64,000 bases of DNA from an uncultured Planctomycetota bacterium (GTDB lineage Bacteria; Planctomycetota; Planctomycetia; Isosphaerales; Isosphaeraceae): NCBI GenBank assembly GCA_963823665.1, contig CAWGMQ010000010.1, forward strand, positions 864,001-928,000, in the 5' to 3' direction. The notes below the pieces were generated by a model. It saw only the letters and a program-made list of their open reading frames with translations, was not told the DNA's origin and searched no databases. A program made the translations under genes and the position numbers. Of this stretch, positions 49,585 through 60,300 are shown one piece after another (within the stretch, counting starts at the first letter, position 1; every line of letters starts with the position of its first letter).

Positions 49585-50391
49585 ATGAACCTCGACTACG
49601 TGCAATTGCTAAAGCCCCAGCGCGACATCCAAGGAATGCCGCACAATCGAGAGCGTTTCCAGCACTACCTTCGAACCATCTGGAATTGTTACGACGAAGA
49701 CTTCGAGCTCATTCCGCTCATGTTCGCCAATCCCATGGCCCGCGACCACGTCACCGCGATGCTCGACGATCTCTTGGCGATGAACGCAGATCAGATCGCC
49801 GCAGACGCCGCCCTGGAAGCCTCCGCCCAGCTCCCAAATGCCCCAGGCGAGTTCAAGGCGTCGATCGTCTTATGCGACGATTTGAAGGGCGGTTGGACCA
49901 ACCGCTACGACTACGAATTCAAGAATCGCGTGGGGTACATCGACTTCCTGGGCGGAGACGACCCGCAGGCTCCGCTCGAGTGGAAGCCACCCAAGTGGTC
50001 GAAATTCCTCTGGATGGTGGGCACGCTCTGGAGCAGCGAGTGCCCGTCCGAGCCGGCCGTACGCGAGGCGATGCTCACCGCCATTTACAGAGTCGTGGTC
50101 CTGCAAAAGCGTGGCGCCCCGCGCACGCTTCGGGACATACTCGACCAGGAAGGCGAAGTCATGGCCATGGCGGGTTGTGAAGGGCCGACCCTCGACGAAG
50201 ACGACATCGCTTACACTCGCGAGGTGCTTGCCCCCCTCCTGGGCGCAACCGACAAGCGAACCTGCATCGAATGCCTCTTCGGCGATTCCGCAGCGCGAAC
50301 CCTCGGTTTCACCCCGCGCGGCCTGAGCCCCTGGGCCGGCCTGGCACTCGCCCTCCACGACGCGCGGGCCGGTGCGCAACGGATCAACTAA
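49585..50391 (+). CDS. Hypothetical protein
   Basis: 268-aa ORF with GC3-rich codon use; ANPMARDH, DDLKGGWTNRY, CLFGD, AGLALALHD. Confidence 0.8.
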   Translation: MNLDYVQLLKPQRDIQGMPHNRERFQHYLRTIWNCYDEDFELIPLMFANPMARDHVTAMLDDLLAMNADQIAADAALEASAQLPNAPGEFKASIVLCDDLKGGWTNRYDYEFKNRVGYIDFLGGDDPQAPLEWKPPKWSKFLWMVGTLWSSECPSEPAVREAMLTAIYRVVVLQKRGAPRTLRDILDQEGEVMAMAGCEGPTLDEDDIAYTREVLAPLLGATDKRTCIECLFGDSAARTLGFTPRGLSPWAGLALALHDARAGAQRIN

Positions 50392-51085
50392 TGAACTTCC
50401 ACAACTCCGAGATCACCCCGGTGAACACCGCCAGCGCCATCCAGTAGATTCCCAGCACGCGTCCAGACCGATCGACCCAGTCGGGCTCCGGGCGAAATCG
50501 CCCATTCGCCAGCAGCACCAGCCATGCGACCAGCACCGCGATCCCCACAAGAGGTGCTGTGAAGAACGGAAACGCCTCGAGCACGGCATTCTGGATAGCC
50601 TGCCCCAGTGAGGGTGGAGGCGGCCCGTTCCAGCGGATGAACGGAGGCGAAGGAAGCTGGATCGGCGATGAAGTGATCGTGAGGTACTGAAGCAGGAAAG
50701 CGGGCACTTCCTGCAATGGTCGAATCACCATGATCACCATCGCGGCCGCACTGGCGATGATCCCCGGCTCTTGGGTGATCCGCGCGAATTGCGGTCGTGG
50801 CCTGCGGAATCGCGCGACAAGGATCACCGGCGTGAACGCCATCGCGAATGGAATCGTCCACGTGCCCCCGACGGCAACGGCTTGATACACCTGGCGAGCG
50901 GTGCTCGCTGCGGCTCGCGGGAAAGAATACATGTGCGCTGGGTCCGCGCACCAGTGCGGCTGCGTCCAGTTCCGGACCATCGCAAACCCGGCGGCGAGCG
51001 CGGCGACGGCAAGAAGCCCATCGCCCAGCGTGAATCGCCGCGGGCAATGGCCTTCTTGCGGCGGGCTCGTCCGGATCTGCGCCAC
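50384..51085 (-). CDS. Polytopic membrane protein with an RRFTLGDG N-terminal motif (paralog A)
   Basis: RRFTLGDGLLAVAALAAGF, about 5 TM segments, DWVDRSGRVLGIYW; start codon uncertain. Confidence 0.75.
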   Translation of the reverse strand: MAQIRTSPPQEGHCPRRFTLGDGLLAVAALAAGFAMVRNWTQPHWCADPAHMYSFPRAAASTARQVYQAVAVGGTWTIPFAMAFTPVILVARFRRPRPQFARITQEPGIIASAAAMVIMVIRPLQEVPAFLLQYLTITSSPIQLPSPPFIRWNGPPPPSLGQAIQNAVLEAFPFFTAPLVGIAVLVAWLVLLANGRFRPEPDWVDRSGRVLGIYWMALAVFTGVISELWKFIS

Positions 51086-51099
51086 GTTCGGATTTGAGA

Positions 51100-51792
51100 T
51101 CAACTGATGTAGCTCCGCAATGACTTCATCACTCCGACGAACACCGCCAGCGCCATCCAATACACTCCCAGCGCTCGCCCTGTCCGATCGATCCAGTCAC
51201 GCGCCGGCCGAAAACGGCCGATCCCGACGAGCACCAGCCACCCGATGAGCACCGCGGCGCCGACCGCGGGCGCGGTAGCACGCGGAAAACTTTCCAGCAC
51301 GAGACTATGGATGATCTCTCTCGGTGAATACCGCGAAGAACCGAACAGCCGCACAAAAGGCGGTGAAGGCAAATGGATCGAGGAATTGGAATGTGTAAGG
51401 TAGTCGAGGAGGTAGAACAGCACGTCCTCGGCCGGCCTGAGAACCATGCACAGAAGTGCCGCTGCGCACGCGACCGTGCCAGGCCCTTGGGCGATCTGCG
51501 CCAGGGGTGGTCGCGGCTTCCGGAGCCTCGCCGCGAGAACGGCCGGCGTGATGGCGATTGCGAACGGGATTGACCATGAAACACCAACCGCCAGCCCGTA
51601 ATGCACCGTGCGCGCGCGGCTCGCGTTGGTTGGAGCGGCAACAAAGGGCGGCCCCGCGCACCAATCCGGGTTCGCCCAATGCCGCACCATCGAAAAGCCG
51701 GCTGCAAGTGCAGCGACGACGAGCAACCCATCGCCGAGCGTGAACCGACGCGGCCGCTCGCCTTTCTGCGACGTGCACATCTCGGTCTGCAT
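51100..51792 (-). CDS. Polytopic membrane protein with an RRFTLGDG N-terminal motif (paralog B)
   Basis: RRFTLGDGLLVVAALAAGF, DWIDRTGRALGVYW; GAGG RBS. Confidence 0.78.
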   Translation of the reverse strand: MQTEMCTSQKGERPRRFTLGDGLLVVAALAAGFSMVRHWANPDWCAGPPFVAAPTNASRARTVHYGLAVGVSWSIPFAIAITPAVLAARLRKPRPPLAQIAQGPGTVACAAALLCMVLRPAEDVLFYLLDYLTHSNSSIHLPSPPFVRLFGSSRYSPREIIHSLVLESFPRATAPAVGAAVLIGWLVLVGIGRFRPARDWIDRTGRALGVYWMALAVFVGVMKSLRSYIS

Positions 51793-52084
51793 CACCTCGA
51801 ATCCTCCCCACACATCGTCCCGCCGGACGCTCCGGCAAGATGCTCCCAGTCTGGCCATACATCAGCAACCATTATCAGTGATTCTCCACCCGACTCGCCA
51901 CCCAGGGCCTCACCGTGCAGCAAGTAAATCCCCCGTGATGGCGGCACAATTCGCTCGGCGTTGTTAAAATCCCGGAGATAGCTTCGTTGGACTCAAAAGT
52001 TGTGCGAGGTTCGTGCAATCCATCTCGATCGCTCAAGATGTCTGCGATTCGTTGAGGTCTCGTCATTCATCGGGAGGGAGTACC

Positions 52085-53423
52085 ATGCTTCGGTCCATGG
52101 CCAGTCTGGTCATCTTCATCTCATTCGTTGCGTCGATGTCCGGGTGCGGCAGTCCCGCCGAGCCCAATGCGCCTCCGCGCGTCGCGGAATCTCCCTCGCC
52201 GCCACCGGCACCCGGGGGAGCTGCCCCGCGCGTCAAGATGATCAGAGAGATGAAGACCATCACGCCGACGGCTTTGGGCACACAGCGCCCGGCCGGCAAA
52301 TCCGCCCCATCCGGGGAACTGGCGTTCGTCGAGGCGGTGCAGCGTGGCGATCTCGCGAAAGTGGTGCGTACCGAGCTGAGCCCCGACGGCAATTTCCTTT
52401 ACGCAATCTGCTGGAATCCGGGATCCCTGCTCGCCTTCGCTCGCGATCCGGGAACCGGCAGCCTGACCCACGTTCAAACCATCGACCGCAACCCGGAGCT
52501 CGCCGGCGCCACCGGCCTGGCTCTCTCACCCGACAGCTCCTTCGCGGTGTCAGTCGCCTTTCGCTCGAAGGCCGTCATCCTGTTTCGCCGCGATTCGAAA
52601 TCGGGCGAGCTCACGCGGCTCGAATCGGCTCCTCGCAAGCCCCAGGATGTCGAATTCCCCGTCGCCGCGACGTTCTCCCCCAACGGCAAGTTCGTCTGCA
52701 TCGCCGACAACGGTGTGGAATCCACCTCAGGCGGTGTGCGAGTTTACCGGCTCGAGGGTGAGAAGCTCGTTGATGTTGGTATGGATCAAGGCCGTGGTCG
52801 CTGTTTCCAGGCGCGCGCAGCCTCGCGTTCCATCCTGATGGAAAGACGTTGTTCATCGCGAGCTGCGCCCGGGTGCCCTGGTCGTCGCCGATTTCGACAG
52901 CGAGAAGGGCGCGATCAAGATCCGTCAGGTGCTCTGGGCCGCTCCCAAGGGAGGTCGCGACTTCTCCCAGGCCGATGTCGGTCAAGTCACCGGAGTCCAG
53001 GGGCTCATCGACGTCGTCCCAGGCCCGGACGGCCGCTTCGTCACCACCAGCGCGGGCCGATTCAGCGGCCCCACCGTTGTGGCGAGCTTCAAGTACGGTG
53101 ACGACGGGCATCTCTCGGGCGTGACTGCCCTCAAGAGCTCGGGACCCACGTTCGCGGGCGGAAACCAGGTGGCCGTCAGCCCTGAAGGCCGCAGTGTCTA
53201 CGTGGCTGCAACACTCTCAGGCGTGATCGCCTGCGCCAGCCGCGATCCGAAGACCGGCCAGCTTGTCACTGGCGCGCTCGTTCCCGACGGCGGTTCACCC
53301 GGTGCCTCCGCAGACACCAAGAGCCCCGCCGGAGTCACCGTCACCCGCGACGGCAAGTTCCTCTACGTCGCCACCGAAGACAAAAGCGCCATCTCCATCT
53401 TCCGGCGCAATCCAAAGAACTGA
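52085..53423 (+). CDS. Lactonase-family beta-propeller lipoprotein; frameshifts near 52810 and 52870
   Basis: MSGC lipobox; repeated blade motifs LSPDGNFLY, LSPDSS, FSPNGKF, FHPDGKTLF, VSPEGRSVY, VTRDGKFLY. Confidence 0.85.
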
Positions 53424-53436
53424 CAATTTCAAAGTT

Positions 53437-54985
53437 CTACGCAACCAGCAGCGCGAACCGCGCCAGTTTCTTGAGACAGTCGTCCAGCGATTTTTCGAGA
53501 TCGTCTTCCAGGTCCCCGGCGCGCTCGGATGGATCACCGCCTGCATCTGGCTCACTCCGTCGCACTGTGAACCGCCCCGCTCGCGCGCCCAGAACGAGCT
53601 TTTCAAGCAGCGCCCCGCGGTCGTGATCTCCATCCAGCAGGCACAGCACTTCCCTTCCGAAGTCATTTAGTTTGCCCGCCTCGTGCCGCAGATTCGTCAC
53701 CGTATCGCCAAGCTGCGCCTGCACGCGGGCAATGGCGCTGGCAACGGGCCGCATGCTGATCTCGACGACGAACGCCGGCGGCAGCGTTCCCAGCTCAACG
53801 CGTTTCTGCCCGAAGCAGCGAACAAGTCCCGCCTCGAGCGCTCGCGCACAGCTCCGGCTCTCCGGAGACGGATAGCCGGTGGATCCGTGCATTGTGGTCT
53901 CCACTCGTTGCAGCAGCGATTCAAATGAAACCGAAAGTGGCCAGAGCTTCTGAAGCTGATCAAGCGCCGTCTTGAGAACCGGCTCATCCTGCGGCGCGCC
54001 TTGAGCCTGGTTCCCTGACCCGCGCGCCGCGACGTAAAGCCGTTGCAGATCGCCGGCCCGCGCGCTGCGCTGCCATTCGATCCCAGCGTGACACAAGACG
54101 CTCTGACGAAATCTCCGGTTGATGACGAAGTCCAGGAACTGCTCGTACTCGACTTGGTCGTGCGCAAGCCGTCGCAATCCGTCCGCGATCCCTGGCGGCA
54201 GGCTCTCGCTCGGAATCGAGGTATTCTGCACCTCGGCGACGTATTGAAGCCCATGCCGGCCGGCTCGCTCGACGAACTCGTGGAAATACACGGGCAAGTT
54301 CACCGATTCCAGATGGTCGTGCAGCAAGTACGCGTCATTTCGGGCCGTGATGTAATCCAGTTCTTGCCGTAACAGGCTGCTATAGACCGGCTCGATGCCC
54401 TGGGCCGACGTCGTCACGAACTGAAGTACGCCCCTCGCCTCGCACGCCCGCACTTCCGGCTCTTCAAACCGCCGCACATGGTAGCACATGAGTTCGCGAG
54501 CCAGCCCGCGAAAATGCCAGCCGGGATAGGTGTTGTAGCTGACGTAAACCAGTCCGTCAGGCGCCAGGCAGCGAGCCGAGAGCTCTCAGGATTTTCTCCT
54601 GAACCTCCGGTTCAACCCACGAATACGTTCCGTGGCATATGATGAAATCAAACGTACCGATTGCGGCATCGAGGTCGAGGATGTCTCGCGCCTCGACGCG
54701 GATGTTGCCCAACCCCACCCGCTCGATCAGCTCGCACCCCTCGCGAACCTGGTGGCCCGAAGAGTCGAACCCGACGAACTGGGCCTGCGGCATCTCCACC
54801 GCCATCGGGATGAGATTGCCCCCCCGCGCGCAGCCCAGCTCGAGCACGCGGCAGCGTGACACCGGCGGCGGGCTCAATCCCGCCAGGATCGCCACGGTCG
54901 CAAGCTGATCGGGATGGCTCGACCGATAGGGATCGTTGGGATAGGGAACCTCCTGGTAACTCGTCGGTGCTGGTTGAAAGAGCAT
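53437..54985 (-). CDS. Class I SAM methyltransferase with a methyltransferase regulatory domain; frameshift near 54580
   Basis: SYQEVPY, SHPD, VLELGCARGGN, FDFIICHGTYSWV; the other frame gives LAPDGLVYVSYNTYPGW, YLLHDHLE, EQFLDF...RRFRQS. Confidence 0.88.
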
Positions 54986-55008
54986 GGTCGAAGAGCTTCC
55001 CGGATTGT

Positions 55009-55509
55009 TTATTCGACGCGCTCATAAATCTGGTCGATTTCCTGGACAGCATTGCCGGCCCGTAGCGTCCCCTTGTGATACCACTTCCCATCCTCGATCT
55101 TCCACGAGAACTTGAAGGTCTTCCCGGCCATGGCTTGCTGACTGGGGCTGATCGCGAATTCCGTGATTTCCGTGTAGGTGTCGTCCTCGACTGTGTAGCG
55201 GCCGCCTGCGCCACCGACGGCTCTGTCTTTTTGCACATACGTCCAGACAAATCGCCCGTCGATCACGAGTTTGAAAAGCTCGACGCCCTCGGGGAGCTTC
55301 CGCATTTCCCCGCTCCTTGGGTCCTTCGCGCTCACGAGCCGCCAGGCCCCATCCAGCGGGGACTTCGCTTTTGGTTTCGTTTTCACTTTAACTCTGTCTT
55401 TCTCGGCATCTTGACCGGCCACGGAGTGAGCCGGCCCCAGGATCGCTAGCGGCGGCACGAGCAAACCCAGGGCGAACCCCGAAAGAAGCAACGACGAGAT
55501 GCGGCACAT
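55009..55509 (-). CDS. Secreted hypothetical protein (lipocalin-like / DUF4488-like)
   Basis: Signal peptide, LDGAWRLVS, GGRYTV, YTE, EIDQIYER; GGGAG RBS. Confidence 0.75.
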   Translation of the reverse strand: MCRISSLLLSGFALGLLVPPLAILGPAHSVAGQDAEKDRVKVKTKPKAKSPLDGAWRLVSAKDPRSGEMRKLPEGVELFKLVIDGRFVWTYVQKDRAVGGAGGRYTVEDDTYTEITEFAISPSQQAMAGKTFKFSWKIEDGKWYHKGTLRAGNAVQEIDQIYERVE

Positions 55510-55628
55510 GAGAAGCTCCCGGATGAAAAGCGGATCAGAGGCCCCCACCCGTGCTCGTGGGCCGACATGCTATGGGGACCGGTGCGGTCATGATAACGCG
55601 GGGAGCGATGAGAAGACCAGCGCGATCC

Positions 55629-57040
55629 TCATCTGGCCACAACAACGGAAACCTTGCCGGTTCGCCTGAAGACGTCAACGCCGACATCATTGCCATGGCG
55701 CACCAGGTGAAGGTCCAGAATCGCCGTTCCAACTTCCAGATTCGTGATCCGAAGCCCGGGAACGAACGGGGGCAATTGCGGTTGGTGCAGTGAAACCTGC
55801 CGCTCAACCGCGTCGATCGACAGACCCAGGCATGCCTGCAGCAGCAGGAAAACCGAGCCCGCCGCCCATGCCTGCGGTGCGCAGGCCACCGGGTATGCGA
55901 TCGGGCCCTCACCCGGCTCGCGATCGAAGCCGCAAAAAAGCTCCGGCATCCGGTTCAGCTCGAAGTAATTCCCCGCCGCAAACAGCCCACCGAGCACGAA
56001 CGACGCCAGGTCTTTGAGACCGTATCGCGAGGCCCCGAAAGCGACGAGCGCATCCTTGGCCGCCACACCAACTTCTCCGACAAATTCGACCCAGGGCGAC
56101 CTCTCAAGCAGCGGCGCGATCGTATTCTGGTAATATGATTCTTCTTCCGGGTAAATCTTGGCGGCGACGCGCAGCGGCAGCCCGAAGGTGTTGTCATATC
56201 CCGCCACGCCGCAGTCCATTCGCCAGTTCTTCTTGGTCACCGCCGGCCGGAAGTTGACCAGCACGTACAGCTCGTTCAGGTCGTCGGGGTCGGTCTGGTC
56301 CTCGTCTTCCAGGAACAGCCTTGCGAAATCAAGCGCATCGATGTCATTCGTTCCGGAGCGAAACGTCTGTGCCATTTTCACCAAGGCGTCTGAAGGCAAC
56401 GGTCCGCGGTCGATGAGCACGGAGTTCTCGCGAGCGAGTCCCTTCGACGCATTCGTCTCCAGGTCCATGGCCGAATCGATCAAGACGTCACCCTTCTCAT
56501 AGTTTTCCGGTACGTCTTCCGCCTTCTTGCCGAGCACGTCCAGGAATGAGCCTATGATGTCGAACGATTTGCGGCCGTAACCGTTATGCCCGGCCCGGTG
56601 CAGCCCGCCACGGCTGACCTCGCCGTCGCCAAGCGACTCGATGCTGTGCTCCATCAGCGCGTAGGGCGCATGTCGTCGTCGGACGAGATCATCAGCCCGC
56701 CCAGAGTATACCTGAGCGTATAGTTGCGGTTTCCGCCGTAGCTGGGGCGGAACAGATTCTTGACGAGCCCATCCAGCCGCTTGTCGCGCAGCCGGCGGCT
56801 CAGGTAGCCCAGGAACTGCTCCTTCTGCCGCGGACCGACATAGAACAGCTCGTTGTGCGTGCTCGTTTGCTCCAGCAGCGGATAATATTTTTCCTGGGCA
56901 ACCGGGCTCGAATCGTCGCAGACAATCAAGGTCGCGGAATGCCCGTTCCCCCAGAAGTGCTCGTCGTAGTGCTTGACCGTTTCACCGACGTCCCGAAACC
57001 GGTACGTCGGTATGACGAACTACAGCTCTTCAGCTTGCAT
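55629..57040 (-). pseudogene. Collapsed operon remnant: GT-A-like hypothetical 5' part, GT4 glycosyltransferase fragment and amylo-alpha-1,6-glucosidase 3' end
   Basis: MQAEEL*FVIPTYR (TAG at 57020-57022), DDS, SSDDD, frameshift near 56665. Then in frame LPLRVAAKI...VEFVGEVG (GT4-like) and ALVAFGASRYG...PELFCGF...YPVACAPQAWAAG (debranching-enzyme C-terminus). Confidence 0.8.
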
Positions 57041-57201
57041 CTCTCTCCCCGGCCGATAAGCCAGGGACGCCACTCGCCTCGGGCGAGCATCCACACGTAG
57101 CAGTCGCTCAGGCTGAATCGATCACGATCCCGCAATGAACGCGAATCTCGCCTCCCCCCCGGCCGGGTCCCCCCCGACTCGAGATTTCGGTAACGAGGAC
57201 C

Positions 57202-57217
57202 TGCAAAGGACGTGCCC
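57202..57217 (-). promoter_or_regulatory. Putative sigma-54 promoter of the collapsed operon
   Basis: Minus strand reads GGGCACG-TCCT-TTGCA, about 160 bp upstream of ATG 57040. Confidence 0.5.
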
Positions 57218-57340
57218 GAGCGGGCAGCATCTGGCAAGCGGATGACGCCACGACTGTTAGGGCGATTCGTACGGCACGGGGTTCTCGATCGGATCGTGCG
57301 TTGTGCACGACGGCGGCGGCGAAATGCATGCACCATTCCT

Positions 57341-60300
57341 CTACCGTTGACTTCCGGCGCGCTTGAGAAGCGAATCGACCTCCGTCCAGAGCGATTGCCA
57401 CGCGTTCTGCTCATCCGTCGGGAGCTTGGCCACCGCAGGGGCGTCGCGGACGCTCGCGAGGTCGGTGTCCTGCTTCCAGTGACTGAGCACCTCTACGATT
57501 GCAGGGCGAGCCTGGGGCGGTCCGGATTCGAGGATCTTACGCCAAGCAGTAAGCTCGGCCTTCAACCAGTCAAGGGTCTGACGGCGTAGTCTCATCTTCG
57601 CCGCGTCATCAGGCGGCGGGCCTTTCTTGTCTTGTCCTGCGGCAACAAGAGCCGCCGCGCAGGCGGCGTTGTAGCGATGCTGCGCCCGGCGGATATCAAC
57701 GAGCTTCGGATCGTTTTCCAGCGCCTCCGACCATAAACGGTATGCAACGGCGAAGTGCTTGCGTTTGTACGCCATCTGGGCGAAGGCCAGGCGTTCGGCG
57801 TTGTCACGAGGTTTGTCCTCACCGCTGACGATGCCCGGCAACCTGTTCGCCAGAGCCAGGATTCGCTCGGCCCCGGCGACCCATTGCGCCGAGGGGTATT
57901 GCCAGCCCGGCCTCCGCGAGCCCAGCTCGTGTCCCTTTCGCAAAAGATCGAGCACCTCGGCGGCGTCGACCTTTTCTTGAAGAAGTAAACCAAGGTTGCA
58001 ATGGGCTTCGGCGTAGTCGGGCTTGATCCTGATCGCCTCGCGGTATTCGGTGATGGCCAGGTCGAGCTTGCCCTGGCGCGTCAGGACGATGCCGAGCTCG
58101 CAGTGCGGTCCGGCGAAGTCGGGCTTGAGCCGCACCGCCGACCGGAATTCCACAATGGCGTCGTCAAGCTTCCCTTGGCTCGCCAGGGCGAGGCCCAGGT
58201 TGGAGTGAGCGTGGGCGTTGTTGGGCTCGAGCCGGATCGTCGTACGGCATTCGGCGATGGCCTCCTCGAGCTTGCCCTGTTTCCGCAGAGCGTTTCCGAG
58301 GTTGTTGTGGGCCTGGGCGAGGTCGGGCTTGATCCGGATCGCCTCGCGGTATTCAGTGATGGCAAGGTCGAGCTTTCCCTGGTCCGACAGGCAGGCGCCG
58401 AGATTGCTGTGGGCTCCGGCGTGGTCGGGCTTGATCCGGATCGCCTCGCGGTATTCGTCGATGGCGAGGTCGAGCTGGCCTTGGTCCGACAGGGTCGCGG
58501 CGAGGTTGTTGTGGGCTTCAACGTAGTCGGGCCTGAGCTGGATCGCGGTACGGTATTCGGCGATGGCTAGTTCGGGCCTGCCCAGCTTGTGCAACGCGTT
58601 TCCGAGTTCGTAGTGGACTGAAGCGAGGTCCGGGTTGAGCCGGATCGCCGTGCGATACTCCGCAACGGCTGGTTCAAGATTGCCCTGGTCCATCAGGGCC
58701 CTGCCGAGGATGCTGTGGGCCACCGCGTTGTCGGGCCTGAGCCCGATCGCCGTCCGGTATTCGGCGATCGCCGGGTCGAGCTTGCCTTGATTCGCCAGGG
58801 CGATTCCGAGGTTCGAGTGGGTTACGGTGGTGTCGAGCTTCAGCCCTATCGCCGTGCGGAATTCGGCCTCCGCGGCGGCGTACTCACGCTTGCCGTCGCA
58901 CAGGGCCACTCCGAGATGGAAATGCGCGACGCCATCGTCGGGGTTGATCCGGATCGCCTCGCGCAATGTTGCGACCGCCTGGTTGAACGCCGCTTCGGCC
59001 TCGGCCGATGGGCCGCGGCTGTTCAACTCCTGGCCCAGACACATCAAGTGCCGCCCATTCTTGGGATTCAGCCGCGTGAGGTCGCGGAAGACCTCGATCG
59101 CCTCGTCGGATTCGCCCTTGGCAGAGAGCGCATGCGCCAGCACGTGGGCCGTCTCGGGGCGGATCGCGCGCGCCGCTATGTAGTACCGAATGGCCTCGTC
59201 GCGGCGAGAGAGCTTCTGAAGCACCGTCGCCAGTACGTAGTTCACCCAGACATCATCTGGATGGCGGTGCTGCGCGGTCCGCAGCACCGACTCGGCCAGC
59301 TCTCTGTCGCCGGCGGCGTTCAGGCCGGACCCCAGCAACTGCAGACTGATCGCGCCCAGCTCATCAAGCTTCGCCTCCTTTGCCAGCGCCTGCAATCCGG
59401 CCAGCCGAGACGCCTTGTCAGGTTGATCGAGCGTCGTCCGCAGCTTGTTCCGCCAGGGCTCGGGGTCGGCAACTCGAGCGGCTGCGCTCAGCCGTGCAGC
59501 CGCGGCCGCGTCAGCCCCGCGGCCGCGTCGCATCTCCGCCCAGTCATCGACCGCATCGGCCATGACCAGCGCCACCGAAGTCGGACGAGCGCGGATCTTC
59601 GCTCCCGCCTCCTCGGGCGGCAGGATCGCGAAATCGATACCGGCATCGCGGAACGCGTCGGTATAGGCCGCATCCGTGGCCGCGCCATCCATGTCGTCGG
59701 CCTCTGCGCTGCGGATCTCGACGAGGCGGTCGAGCAACGTTCGGTCGCGCCGGGCCGCGTCCAGACCCTCCTTGATCACCGAGTGTAAGGCCATCAGCCG
59801 TTCCTGAGCTGTCCCATCATCACCGGCGTCAACCTGCTCCACGGCGGCGAGCGCCACCTGCCAGCGCGACAGGTCCTCGGGTTCGGCAGCGGCCTGCTCG
59901 CGCAACGTGACCGCCTTTCCCAGAATCCGGTCCACGGCCGCGGCCCGCGCCGCCCGCTGCTGGAGGTAATACGTGGTGCTCAGCCCGCCGAGCGTCGTGA
60001 GCGCCAGTAACGCGGCCGCCAGGCCAAGCTGAAGCTTGCGCCGCCGCCGCTCCTCGATCGCCCGGGCCACCGCCACCGCTCGCTCCCGCTCCGCGGCCTG
60101 CACCCGGGCCTGCACGCCGGCCAGATAGGCCGTCATCCGCTCTGCGACAGCGCCCGCATCGCGCGGCCGGTCCGCCGTCTCGACGGCCATGCAATCCTTC
60201 GCCAGGGCGATCAGCTCGCCCTCGGCCCCGCAGGTGTTCAGCCGAGAGAGCGCGTCGGCGTTGTCGCCCCGCATCGCCTTGCGGAGGATCTCGCCGGAGC

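Noticed and set aside
29911..57040. Two genes each with CTG-TAG at codons 6-7, suggesting amber recoding or pyrrolysine
   Set aside because: TAG ends several intact genes here (stops at 3856, 21151, 36687, 47625, 53437, 57341), no pyl genes are visible, and both affected genes sit in decayed contexts.
58000..58900. Roughly 102-bp nucleotide repeats
   Set aside because: They simply encode the kinase's 34-aa TPR units.
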